Source of the DNA: Tubulanus polymorphus
Taxonomy: Eukaryota; Animalia; Nemertea
Assembly (NCBI RefSeq): GCF_964204645.1
Contig: NC_134035.1
Location: 13,886,686 to 13,950,685, forward strand
Direction: 5' to 3'
Length of the DNA stretch: 64,000 bases
The position numbers and the translations under genes are program-made. The notes under the pieces were generated by a model, which was given only the letters and a program-made list of their open reading frames with translations, made no database searches and had not been told where the DNA came from. Position 1 is the first letter of the stretch. Every line of letters begins with the position of its first letter. Below, one piece after another: positions 46,440-61,540 of the stretch.

Positions 46440-48742
46440 ATCAGTAGCTGCTGCTGTAGCTGTATCAGTAGCTGCTGCTGCTGAGGAGTACTGGGTTCAG
46501 GCTGATTATTGATTATATTTACCTGTCCTGCAAGTTGCCATTTTTCTAATTGAACAATAGAACCGGTAACAGTAGAAGCAGACGCAGTTTCGATTCTACT
46601 ATCGGGAGTGAGACCTTCGATCCATCGGAATAAACAAACAACTCGATCAGAATATCCGATAACTAATTCTGTCAAACCATCGCCATCTAGTGAGAAATTA
46701 TAACATAAAATATCAGCGAGACCGTTGTCATCTAGTGAGAAACTATTACGTTAAATATCAGCGAGACCGTTGCCATCTAGTGAGAAACTATTACGTTAAA
46801 TATCAGCGAGACCGTTGCCATCTAGTGAGAAACTATTACATTAAATATCAGCGAGACCGTTGCCATCTAGTGAGAAACTATTACGTTAAATATCAGCGAG
46901 ACCGTTGCCATCTAGTGAGAAACTATTACGTTAAATATCAGCGAGACCGTTGCCATCTAGTGAGAAACTATTACATTAAATATCAGCGAGACCGTTGCCA
47001 TCTAGTGAGAAACTATTACGTTAAATATCAGCGAGACCGTTGCCATCTAGTGAGAAACTATTACATTAAATATCAGCGAGACCGTTGCCATCTAGTGAGA
47101 AACTATAACATTATATATCAGCGAGACCGTTGCCATCTAGTGAGAAACTATAACATTATATATCAGCGAGACCGTTGCCATCTAGTGAGAAACTATTACA
47201 TTAAATATCAGCGAGACCGTTGCCATCTAGTGAGAAACTATTACATTAAATATCAGCGAGACCGTTGCCATCTAGTGAGAAACTATTACATTAAATATTA
47301 GCGAGACCGTTGCCATCTAGTGAGAAACTATTACATTAAATATGAGCGAGACCGTTGCCATCTAGTGAGAAACTATTACATTAAATATCAGCGAGAACGT
47401 TGCCATCTAGTGAGAAACTATAACATTAAATATCAGCGAGACTGTTGCCATCTAGTGAGAAACTATTACATTAAATATCAGCGAGAACGTTGCCATCTAG
47501 TGAGAAACTATAACATTAAATATCAGCGAGACCATTGCCATCTAGCGAGAAAATGTATATCACTAATATCATTGAAATTCGGTGAAATAAACTGACCTAC
47601 TAACCTACATCTTGTAGTAACATCACGCGACTATTCGCTGATAACTGTTGAGTGAACGACGGTTGAATATAGGTGGCGCTGTCATCGATAGAATCATCGT
47701 TTAAATGTTTATCAGACTAGAATGAAAGTGATTTCAGAGCTAATTGTTATCAGTGATATATACTATGATCGTGTAGCTGATTTCAGTTAGTCTGCAGTCC
47801 AGGGAGTCTAAGGGTGAGGTAGTCCAGGGGAGTCTAAGGGTGAGGTAGTCCGGGGGTGGGAGGTAGTGATTTACCTGTTGTGTATTAGTACTAATGTTAC
47901 ATGTATTCACAGTCGGTCCTGGATCAAACTCTTGTTCCTCATTCAGATCAAACACGTGACATTTACCTTCAGCCGTTAAACAGACGATATTATTCTGAAA
48001 TTAATCAATATGAAACTGAGAGACGGTCCCCGCGTAATGGAATACAGATTGTGAGATGGTCCCCCCAGGTGGTACGTACCTTGCCATGATTGAATATATC
48101 ACCGATACTGATACATGTAATCTGTAATCACAATCACAATCACAATCACTGTAAAATCATACACACACAGTACACAATCAGTAATACAATCATTACATGT
48201 AGTTACCATGCCTAAATGTTTGGAATATTTCCAAGGGACTCCTGCACTGGTAGTCAATGGGACTCCCGCACTGGCAGTCAATGGGACTCCTGCACTGGTA
48301 GTCAATGGGACTCCCCCACTACTTGATGTTCCACCTGCAGAAGTCAATGGGACTCCTGTGCCAGTTGATGATGTGTTTTCACTAGAAGTCGATGCTCCAT
48401 CGGAAGTTGCCGGGACTCCACCAGTTGTTGACTGAACTCCAGTAGTCATCGGGACTCCTCCGGCAGTTGATGGGACTCCTGCCGAAGTCGTTGGGACTCC
48501 AGTAGTCCATGTGGCTCCCCCTTTAAAAACCGCTAATTCCCCATCAATATTTCCTATCACTAATTCATTACTCTGAAATAACAATACAGTAATCGTTACT
48601 ATGGATACTGACGCGATCATTGTCTACGGTAACTATGGATACCGACCTGATCATTGTCTACATCTCCGATGACGAGAGCCTCGTTAAATACGTTTCCCGT
48701 AAAATCATATTCTAATTTCTTCACAAATGAAACTGTTCTCAT
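43420..48742 (-). CDS. ITFG2: KICSTOR subunit ITFG2 (integrin-alpha FG-GAP repeat protein 2), multi-exon; 3' end uncertain
   Basis: [162 protein letters not shown]. Confidence 0.93.
43873..44365. repeat. 33-bp minisatellite with CAGTTCCACA core (ITFG2 intron)
   Basis: gttctggacacagttccacaatccagttccaca and variants. Confidence 0.93.
44482..45501. repeat. 30-bp minisatellite (34 copies), minus-strand unit GTACTGTGATATTACTGTATTTCTGTGTAG, spanning an ITFG2 acceptor
   Basis: The exon begins TAG|GTACTGTGATATTACTGGAG (G-T-V-I-L-L-E) at 44498; unit = last 13 intron nt + first 17 exon nt. Confidence 0.97.
46120..46485. repeat. Intronic (CTG/CAG)n-rich repeat
   Basis: Lies downstream of the ITFG2 donor CAG|GTAAAT (~46522). 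Confidence 0.9.
46682..47550. repeat. 45-bp minisatellite (20 copies) spanning an ITFG2 acceptor
   Basis: Minus-strand unit ATGGCAACGGTCTCGCTGATATTTAATGTAATAGTTTCTCACTAG; the real exon starts CTAG|ATGGCGATGGT at 46686. Confidence 0.97.
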
Positions 48743-49009
48743 TGTTGTTATTAGTTGCCGGGCAACTGGGGAGAGTCAGTGATCGTTTCACAATCGGAAA
48801 ATATCGATAAAATGCATGATTTCTGTTTCTGTTTGTAACCTGTGGATGAGAGGAAAATGTTAAACTTGTTAAGTCTATCAGAGCAGAAAGATGGATCCAT
48901 CATAAAGCTGTAGAGAGGCTGGAACTGGAAGAAACTGCTGCCTGGTCATCTGTGGAGGAGGTGGAGGGAGGAGTGGAGGGAGAGCAAGTTTTCGAATGAG
49001 ATTGTAATT

Positions 49010-49042
<33 letters not shown>

Positions 49043-49839
49043 TTCACGGACGGAAGGAGGCCTGGTGGCGGCCTATTGGTGTCCGGCTCGTTTGTTGATT
49101 AGTATTGGTTAGGTGACAGGGTTTCCATAAAAAGCTCTCTCACTTAGTAGTGATCTTTCATTAAAAATAATTGGTATATTTATTCATTACTAAAAGATTA
49201 AATTATTTATAGAGTTGATTGGTTGAATTTTATTTTAAAAAAATCTGATCAGTCATGATTATGGCGTAGTTCATTTGATAAGCCATACACGCTTGATTTC
49301 TAGCCATTTTGTAGAATTTGCTACAAGGAGAAGGTTTTATTCGGTCCATAAATACGAGTGTTGTTAGTGTTATTCTGAAAAAGGTAAAGGAAGTGCGTGT
49401 GGCCCAAGGTGAACGTATCGGCAACCTCTATGGAGGTACCAGGATGGGTACCAGGATTTTAAAACGGATCAGGGTAAAAGTGCAGATCCGCACCTCTCGT
49501 GATTGACGCAATCTACTGAATGATAGAATCCAGGCTAAATCTTTCTAGTGAAGATATATTAAGATTAACCAATGGCAATGTATGAATTGCTGATGACATT
49601 TTGAATCTGAAACAAACTAATAAATCAAAATACATGCAATTTCCAAAAAGGGGAAAAAATCATTAACATTTCTTCAACAAACCTTTAAAATTGTTGAATA
49701 CACTGACTTAGAGCGAGAATACACAATTTATTTGAATTGAACTTGGAAAAATCAATATAATTTGAATTGAATTCGCTAGGCGGCAGCATCAGCTGGTGTA
49801 GGAACCTAGATGGCAGCACCGGCCGGTCAGTTCAGAATC

Positions 49840-49875
49840 AATCGGCGGGAACATAGCGGGCTTCCAAAATCCAAT
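49840..49875 (+). promoter_or_regulatory. E2F-type site and CCAAT box upstream of TYMS
   Basis: GGCGGGAA at 49844-49851; CCAAT at ~49871; TTTGAA (CHR-like) at ~49731 and 49761. Confidence 0.45.
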
Positions 49876-50120
49876 TGTCAGATTTTAGAAAAAACTAAGC
49901 GATTAGGAACCTCTGGTAAATATATTAACCTTAATATCGACGAAAGAATCATTGAAAGTGCGCTGAATAACTGTTAATAGGTACATCTGATCGCTCCCGG
50001 CTGGGGGCAGGGATTTAAGGTGGACTTGGTTATTGGTTCTAAAATATCAAAAATTGTTGAAGCCACTTTGAACCTTGAAACTTTGAGAAATTTATTTGTA
50101 TTTTTAGAATAAAAGGAATA

Positions 50121-52554
<2,434 letters not shown>

Positions 52555-53032
52555 CGTAGACTGTAGACTACTGTCTGTGGCGTAGACTGTAGACTACTAT
52601 CTAGTGTAGACTGTAGACTACAATCTGTGGCATAGACTGTAGACTACTATCTAGTGTAGACTGTAGATCTTTAAACTTGCATTTAAATATGTATCTTTGT
52701 ACAAGACATTTTGTATCAATAAAAAACTTTTGTGAATTGTTAAATGAAAATTTAATCAAGTTTTATTTTGTTTAATTTTTTTTGGAAAAAAGGACATCAT
52801 TCAATCACACATCATTGGCAGGATACTCCCCCTAGTGGCAGTTAACAGTTATACAATCAAAACGCATGAAATGAAGAAAATTAAAACAGATGGAGACTCT
52901 TAACCCAGATACGCGCCGCAATTATACATCATTACACGCGAAAAAAAAGAGCAAAAAGAATATTTGTATCAATTACAAGAAACATGAACAAACTGCGTCC
53001 AGAATCAGAGATATAATTTTAACCCGATCTCT

Positions 53033-53510
53033 GGACAGATTTCATCCAAACTGGGTCCAGGGACACAGATTTCAGCCAAACTGGGTCCAGGGACACAGAT
53101 TTCAGCCAAACTGGGTCCAGGGACACAGATTTCAGCCAAACTGGGTCCAGGGACACAGATTTCAGCCAAACTGGGTCCAGGGACACAGATTTCAGCCAAA
53201 CTGGGTCCAGGGACACAGATTTCAGCCAAACTGGGTCCAGGGACACAGATTTCAGCCAAACTGGGTCCAGGGACACAGATTTCAGCCAAACTGGGTCCAG
53301 GGACACAGATTTCAGCCAAACTGGGTCCAGGGACACAGATTTCAGCCAAACTGGGTCCAGGGACACAGATATCAGCTAAACTGGGTCCAGGGACACAGAT
53401 TTCAGCCAAACTGGGTCCAGGGACACAGATTTCAGCCAAACTGGGTCCAGGGACACAGATTTCAGCCAAACTGGGTCCAGGGACACAGATTTCAGCCAAA
53501 CTGGATCCAA
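53033..53510. repeat. 30-bp minisatellite (~16 copies) in the ILRUN 3' region
   Basis: ttcagccaaactgggtccagggacacagat. Confidence 0.95.
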
Positions 53511-53682
53511 AAACATAAGCAGAACTACTACAATAATACGTAGTAGGAAATGGTTCTGAAGCATAACATATTTACACAGTACCAGGTAATTACTCTTAAC
53601 TCTTATTCGTTATAATTTAAATTGTCCAATCATCTTTTTCTGATTTTTTAAAATATCAACGAAAATTTGACTTGAATTGCGA

Positions 53683-55886
53683 TTACGTGACCATGCCTTC
53701 GTCATCATAGTCACCATTGTTGTGTGGAGGGGAACTAGCACCGAATTCAGACGACTGAAAATAAAACCAAATATTCCGATTTCAACCACCAGGAGTCGCT
53801 AGTAGTAGTAGTGACAAATCCAGCGAATTACTCAAAATTTAAGAGATTTTCTCATAAACCCATTCAATCAAAAAAAAGCAAATTAGAAAAATATTCACTG
53901 AAGCTAAAATGCGTTTAAATACCTGAAACAGAGCCTGTCTGACAGGGGGCGCTGTTTGTCTGACGGGTGATGTCTCTTCCAACAATCGAGGACTTCCTTG
54001 TTGCGCGATAATGGAATAATTCGGCGACGAATCTAACAACGCAGCAGCCGGGTTACCATGGTAACAATCACTAGAGAAACTATTGTTATGCACAGCCGAT
54101 GAGAACGGATTGTTTTGTTTGTCGGGAGTCGACGCGATGAAATCATTCGCTCCGATTCGTGATAACTGTTGAGTTACTCCTAATAATCCATCGGGTTCGA
54201 CCGTTATTATCACCCAAATCACCTCTACAATATATCATCATCATTATTATTATTATTATTATCATAATTCTATTATTATGAATATAAATGATATAATGTT
54301 ATTGATATTCATATACAGTCCACCCCCGATATACCACGGGCCCATATCGGTGCAGAACGATTTTGGCGGTATATCGGGTGTGCTTTTCTATGTATTTATA
54401 TAGAGATGAACATTGAGTAGACCTGGCAGTAGGCGGGGGTGGCGGTAAATGGACGGGCGGTTCATCGGGGGGTTCACTATTCTAAAGCATCATGTATCTA
54501 CAAGTATTGCACCTTGCACACAAAGCACGTGGTCACACAGCGCCTTAGTAATTACAGCCCAAGGCTTGTACTGTGTCCCTCATCTTGTAAAAAAGTATGT
54601 AAACTCCTTTATTGTACAATCATCTTAGATGATATAATGATCAAAATTATATATATATATATATAATTCATAGGTAACTAGGTAACTGTAACAATTACAT
54701 CTAATCTGACCGAGAGGACGGACACTACAAACAGGATGGTTAACACTACAGACCGGTTTGTCGTATATTCTTACCTCCGAAATACTGACCGATAGCCGTA
54801 CTCATTCTCCATTGACCTTGATAAATACCAGGAGTAACCGGACTGGTCATACTGATACAAACATCGACTGTATCTAAAGGTTTAATACTATCTACCATGT
54901 GTTGTGTTTGTGTTCCAAGTAAATCTCCCTGTAGGAATTTCAGTGACACGCCCGGTGGCCATTCTTCATCTCCTGAAATATACTTTTATTTTCAAACGTC
55001 TGATATTTGATGCAGGGATCCAATTCCACGAAATGTGGATTCAGAACTGTGGAACTGGGTCCAGAACTGTGGAACTGGGTCCAGAACTGTGGAACTGGTT
55101 CCAGAACTGTGGAACAGGGTCCAGAACTGTGGAACTGGATCCAGAACTGTGGAGCAGGGTCGAGAACTGTGGAATTGAGTCCAGAACTGTGGAACTGAGT
55201 CCAGAACAGTGTAACAGGGTCCAGTGAATAACTAGGTAACTGTTACTAGGCAACTGTAACTAGGTAACTGTTAGTCTGTGTGACAAGGCGTTGGCGGCGG
55301 ACTCTAACCTGAATTCTGTATCCTCCATGTTTTAGTGAACTGTGTATTTGGAGGCACTGATTCACCCTCCCCGATTGTTATATCGTTGATTAGTCTCATG
55401 TTCGGCAGTTTATCTTGTTTTGGTTGTTCGAAGTCGAAGTAAGCGCAGACAGCAGCTTGTAGGTTCCTGTAAAATCAACAAACATTGCACCAGCTGGCAG
55501 CTTACAAATATAGCTTCAACAGCTTCTGATTTTAACTGAGATAGAACTAAGGCCAAAGCGCTTTACGATCAGTTTGCGATTTTTACAGGACTGGTATGGT
55601 TAAATTAAACCGAAGTTCACTAGAGGTGGCGCTATTTTGTTTAGTAGCTGCCGTAGGCGCAGCCGCAGTCTGTATTTATACGAGTTGATATGAAATTATG
55701 AGTTAAGAATTGGGTAAGAATCTCTTACCAATTATTCATTTCAAGAAAGAAAGCGCAGCTACCAGTTCCCAGCTGATAACCGAGTAGTTTCTGAAACTGT
55801 CCAATCAGAACATCTTTATCAGTGGTTCCCATTCTACTGAACTGCTGTAATAATTGTGAATCGATATCGTTATTATCCACATCCAT
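53683..55886 (-). CDS. ILRUN: ILRUN (C6orf106): UBA-like + NBR1-like FW domain, 5 exons
   Basis: MDVDNNDIDSQLLQQFSRMGTTDKDVLI, CAFFLEMNNWNLQAAVCAYFD, DITIGEGESVPPNTQFTKTWRIQNSG, YQGQWRM, IWVIITVEPDGLLGVTQQL. Confidence 0.95.
54316..54479. mobile_element. Tc1/mariner-type MITE (degenerate)
   Basis: TA|CAGTCCACCCCCGATATACC ... GGTTCATCGGGGGGTTCACTA. Confidence 0.6.
55030..55225. repeat. 20-bp minisatellite (CCAGAACTGTGGAACTGGGT)
   Basis: Same core, reverse-complemented, as the arrays at 7140, 43873 and 60190; same orientation as 20110. Confidence 0.9.
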
Positions 55887-56083
55887 TGTTTGTTTGTTTA
55901 TCAATGTTTTATTGAATTGTTATCGAACGTTTAACACGATTAAAATCAATCACAAACATCAATTCCGTCATCATTACTCCTCTACTACACAACGACATAT
56001 TGATGACGTCATAAGGAGGAGCCGGTTGCCACTAAAAATAGGAGGTAATCCTCACGTCCGGTCCATGAGTCCGATTCCGAATG

Positions 56084-56845
56084 GTCACGTGACCTAGGGT
56101 TAGGGTTAGTACGGGCCAAATAGAGATTCTGACTGGGTCTCATCACGTGACCTAGGGTTAGGGTTAGTACGGGCCAACCAGGGATTCTGACTGGATCTTA
56201 TCACGTGACCTAGGGTTAGGGTTAGTACGGGCCAAATAGAGATTCTGGCTGGGTCTCATCACGTGACCTAGGGTTAGGGTTAGTACGGTCCAAATAGAGA
56301 TTCTGGCTGGATCTCATCACGTGACCTAGGGTTAGGGTTAGTACGGGCCTAATAGAGATTCTGGCTGGGTCTCATCACGTGACCTAGGGTTAGGGTTAGT
56401 ACGGGCCAAATAGAGATTCTGGCTGGGTCTCATCACGTGACCTAGGGTTAGGGTTAGTACGGGCCAACCAGGAATTCTGACTGGATCTTATCACGTGACC
56501 TAGGGTTAGGGTTTGTACGGGCCAAATAGAGATTCTGGCTGGGATCATCACGTGACCTGGGGTTAGGGTTAGTACGGGCCAACCAGGAATTCTGACTGGG
56601 ATCATCACGTGACCTAGGGTTAGGGTTAGTACGGGACAAATAGAGATTCTGGCTGGGTCTCATCACGTGACCTAGGGTTAGGGTTAGTACGGGACAAATA
56701 GAGATTCTGGCTGGGTCTCATCACGTGACCTAGGGTTAGGGTTAGTACGGGCCAAATAGAGATTCTGGCTGGGTTTAATCACGTGACCTAGGGTTAGGGT
56801 AAGTACGGGCCAACCAGAGATTTTGATCATTCAATGATCACGTGG
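56084..56845. repeat. 58-bp promoter minisatellite (13 copies) carrying TCACGTGAC E-boxes and TAGGGTTAGGGTTAG
   Basis: cacgtgacctagggttagggttagtacgggccaaatagagattctggctgggtctcat, between the divergent ILRUN and WDR76 start codons. Confidence 0.95.
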
Positions 56846-56962
56846 CTATGTTCTTGGTACTCTGTGATCTGGTGATGGTCCAATCAAATAGCCTAAATGA
56901 CAATCAGAGAGCGCGCTATTCACGTGTGTAGAGTGTTTATGTAACCCTTATTAGATAATAAA

Positions 56963-59900
56963 ATGTCTTCAAAACGTTATTTAACTCGCCGTCAAATCAC
57001 TGCTCAACAAACAACGGTAATTATTTTGTGGAAGAATCGACAAACGAACTGAGATTTCGCTTTGGAATTATCAGTTACATTGAGATTAAGCAGGGCCTCT
57101 GTCTCTCTCTGACACAAAAGTTTTCGACAGTCAGTAGATTTGTTAGCCGCTCGGTCGGTCGCCGATGACTTCGTATAGGCCTAGCCCTATATGTGAAATG
57201 TGATTTTCTCAGATTTCTTGCGTTAACTGCCAATTTTTGTAGTGAGTCCAACTTCAAACTCGGGCCCTTCTTTCTATGGGACAAGGCTTTAATCTAAGTT
57301 GATTTGTTAACCTACATGCCAGGTGACTGACAGAGACCTCTTTCTCTCTGTGCTGAAATTAATTGTGATACTCAATAAATTTCTAGGAAGTTGAAAATGA
57401 AATGAAAGTAGAAGTAAGAAGAAGTTTACGACGACTCAGATCGCGGCCGCGTAGTGAGGAGCGACGTACAACAATTAGAAACACGGCAGAACGACAGACT
57501 AAACGTGAACAGACGACACGGAAAAAGAGGAAACGGAACGATGATGATGATGTCGATGATGAAGAAGAGGACAATGAGATTCCAGTATCTAAGAGACCTA
57601 TTACTCAACTACACAGTAATAAACGGCTTGTTAAGGTTTGTAGCCCGTAAACACTTCCTCCAGCCCCATTTCCTCTCACCCCCTCCCTCTCTCACTCCCC
57701 CTCTCTTCCCCTCCAGTCCCACCACCTCTCCCCCTCCCGCCCCTCTCACTCCCCCTCTCCCTCCATCTTATAAAAGTAATAACTGATCTATATTTCAGCC
57801 ACAAGAGAAACATAGTAAAGAGGAAAAAACTTCAAATGTAAACAGTTCAAGTGAATCTGAATCAGACTCTGATTCTGATTCAGAGGTAAGTAGCGACCAA
57901 GTGCGCAGGATCTCAACTGCAGCAGCCAGCCCCCTCGACCCAGTTTCACAAAAAAGTTAAACTCAAATTTTTGGTGTAATTGCCATTATTGGTGACTTCA
58001 TATTTTCAATGAGGACAACAATTCAAACTTTACCGTTTTAGGCTTAAACTTTTTCTTGAAACTTTAACAGGTCCCAGGGGTATGGTAGTATCACGATAGC
58101 AGGAACCCGGCCACCCAGTATAGTATAACATTGATGAAGTGTATGTTTAAACTGTAGGTTGATGATGGAATCTCAGAATATGAGAAAATAAGAATCTCAA
58201 ACATGAAAGAAAATGCTGCATTTCTATTAAACTCGGGATTTTCAGAGGTTAGTAACTGTTTTCACCAGCAGGGGGCGCATCTTCAAAGTGTGGGTGCCAA
58301 ACAGTAGCCAAACAGCCATTGAAATTGAGATGCAGTAATTGATAGGGCAAATTCATTAGAAGGTCAGGGACCGGGGCGTTATAGGGTCAGGATCCAGGTA
58401 TTATAGTGTCACTCACTGGTCAGGACCCGTTATAAGATTCTGAAATCTTTCTATTTCAGGCAAAAGATTTATTCATGAAATCAGTGATTGACAAGAAACC
58501 CAAAATAGCCAGGCCGCGACCAAAACCGTAAATAAATTCATCCATTCCCTGAAATGCAGATTCATTGATTAGACACGTCACATTGTGTGGCGGTAAAATT
58601 GATTGTTATATTTTACAGTAGGAAGGAAGTTTTACCTCTGAGACAAAGGAGTCAGAGATTACAGAATAAAGATCCAGATGGCGCTCAAACCATCACGTTC
58701 AGTGAACCAGTAGTTGAGTCTATGGTAAGTGAATCAATCTCCCGGGAAGGCAAGGTGGCGTTGCAGTTGGACACCAATTGTCAGTGTTTCTGATGATGTT
58801 TGATTGTTTCGTTGTAGCCAAGGAAACCATCCGGTAAATTGAATATACGCGACAATTTAGACGATGATTTGAACAAAGAGGAATTTCTGGAGCGACTTCA
58901 AACGGTGACGAAATCTGAAACTTCTCAAACAATTCCTCAAGAGACACAGAGGTAAATATGAGAATTCATCTGATTGGTTTCAATGGGATTTTAAATCAAT
59001 TTAAACCAATCAGATTCACTGACACATACCGCACTTAATCATGTATTATTGAATCTGATTGGTTTATCTATTGTATCTAGTTTGTATCATTGAATCTGAT
59101 TGGTTTATCCATTGTATCATTGAATCTGATTGGTTTATTAATCTCTGTGTTTTTAGTTTGATTCCTGCTCTGAAGAGAATGAATCTGAAAGATGTCGTTA
59201 AAACGATTCCGAATCGTGTTTTCTCATTAGCGATTCACCCGAGTGAAGACAATATTCTCGTCGCCGCCGGTGATAAATGGGGTCAAATCGGATTGTTGAA
59301 TTTCGTAAGTTCATTCACAATGCGTCGGTATGAAAAAAATGTCCTCTTCATAAGAAACGGTCCTCACTGAGGATATCTTATAATTCAATCAGGGAATTTG
59401 TAGTCAAGGATCGGGGGAATATCGGGCGACTTGAGCTTGCTCTGATCTGATATCGGGAATCAGTAGCTGATAATAATGTTTACGTTGTCACTTGTAGGAT
59501 GAATCTGATAGAAGCAAACATATCGTAGATAGTTATGAAACTCACATACGACCAGTGAATTGTTTACGGTTTACAATGGATCGTTTGTATTCGTGTAGCT
59601 ACGATGGAAGTTTACGTAGCTGTGATTTAAAAACTGCAGTTTCTGACGAGGTAAGAACGGAAGGAAACCCTCCTGCGGCAATATTTATTAAACCTTGATA
59701 AAGAGATGTCTTGTATCCAGGACCCGGTTCTAGGTGTTCTCTGTTTAAATCAGTTCATTTTCCTAGTATTTTTTAAACCCAAAACATCAAATAAACCTCA
59801 AAACTGTGTAACATGAAATGTATGTAAGAAATACTGATTATGATGATTATGTTTATCTCTGATGTTTATCTCTGATGTTTATCTCTGATGTTTATCTCTG

Positions 59901-61540
59901 ATGTTTATCTCTGTTGTAGCTGTATAGAACGTCTGATGACGACGAAGAACGCTGTATTTCGTTTGATTTCTACGATCAACAAACGACTGTGATTGTTGCG
60001 CTAAGCGACGGTCAGATAGTCGGTGTTGATAGACGAGCTCCTGCTGATGGTAACCGGGCGGAGTTTAGTTATCAGCTTCACGATCGAGTTATTAAATCAA
60101 TCAGCGTTCATCCTGTAGACACTCATTATATATCTACTTGTACAAATAACGGGTAAATTTATTTATTTATTATTCATCAAATAACTCAATTCAGTTCCAC
60201 AGTTCTCTGATTCAGTGTCCTGGACTCAGTTCCACAGTTCTGGACTCAGTTCCACAGTTCTCTGATTCAGTGTCCTGGACTCAGTTCTACAGTTCTGGAC
60301 TCAGTTCCACAGTTCTCTGATTCAGTGTCCTGGACTCAGTTCCACAGTTCTGGACCCAGTTCCACAGTTCTGGATTCAGTTCCACAGTTCTGTACTCAGT
60401 TCCGCAATTTCCTGGTTCAGTTCCACAATTCTGTACCTAGTTCCACAGTTCTGGAGTCAGTTCCACAGTTCTGGACTCAGTTCCACAATTTCTTGGTTCA
60501 GTTCCACAGTTCTGGACCACAATTCTTTGGTTCAGTTCTCTGGTTGTGTTTGACTATATTAGACTTCATAAAATCAGTTCATTTTCAATCATTTATTTGT
60601 GAGAGAAATGTTAGTAAAATCCGTTGCTGAGATATTTATCTTGTTGATGCTGATAGATGTGTATATTTTGTAGGATTGTTTCGTTGTGGGATCTTCGTAA
60701 AATTAACAAAAAGAAACCGAAAAGTATCGAGAATTTGATGCACGTTAAATCGTTGAATTCAGTCGGGTTTTCCCCAGTTACCGGTAATAAACTTGTTACT
60801 GTTTCTATGGATGATCGAATACGTGTGTTTAATACAACTGTTTTATCACATGTTTCTCAACAACCACAAACTATCATCAAGTAAGTTGTGCGTTTAAACT
60901 ATAACACAACCTGTCACAATCTGCGTGCTCTCTCAGCCTGCAGTCTACAGCCTGCATCTCCACAGCCTGCAGTCTACAGCCTGCACCTCCTCAGCCTTCA
61001 GTCTGCACCCAACAATCACTGATTGTTGATACATGTAGCCTACTAAATCATCATAACTTTTCCAATTTTTGATCGTCCACTTTTAAAATGAACTTCACCT
61101 GAGGCATTCTTCATGTTCTTTCAGTTGATTTATATATATTTCAGACATGATTGTCACGTAGGTCGATGGTTGACCGGTTTCCGAGCGTCCTGGCACCCTG
61201 CCAGCGATGATGTGTTTGTGATGGGTTCTATGAATCGACCGCGAGAGGTAAGAAAAACTCATTAATCTGATAATTATTTTACCGGTGTGAACTGATAACT
61301 GATTAGACCACCTGTGATACATGACGATACAATTCCTATTTTACTGATTCAATTCAACAATGAACTGAATTCTTGTTTCCAATATTTCAGATCGTGCTGT
61401 ACAGTTCTCACACCGGTGAAATTCTACATCGATATCGAGATTCAGAATTGGCTTCGGTGAATTCCCTAAACGTGTTTCATCCAACTAGAAATATTTTAAT
61501 CGGAGGAAATTCTAGCGGACGAATTCACGTGTTTACGTAG
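56963..61540 (+). CDS. WDR76: WD40 protein WDR76 (CMR1 family), multi-exon
   Basis: GISEYEKIRISNMKENAAFL, LPLRQRSQRLQNKDPDG, VVKTIPNRVFSLAIHPSEDNILVAAGDKWGQIG, YSCSYDGSLR, VSLWDLRK, HDCHVGRWLTGFRASWHP, VMGSMNRPR, C-terminal IGGNSSGRIHVFT*. Confidence 0.93.
60190..60525. repeat. CAGTTCCACAGTTCTGGACT-core minisatellite (WDR76 intron)
   Basis: Direct tandem copies. Confidence 0.9.

Noticed and set aside
46217-46520. PolyQ or Cys-rich protein ORFs
   Set aside because: The CAG tract lies after the CAG|GTAAAT donor, within an ITFG2 intron; the ORFs are read-through artefacts.
56095-56805. True telomere or chromosome fusion site
   Set aside because: Only about two TTAGGG units per 58-bp monomer, in one orientation, with genes on both sides.
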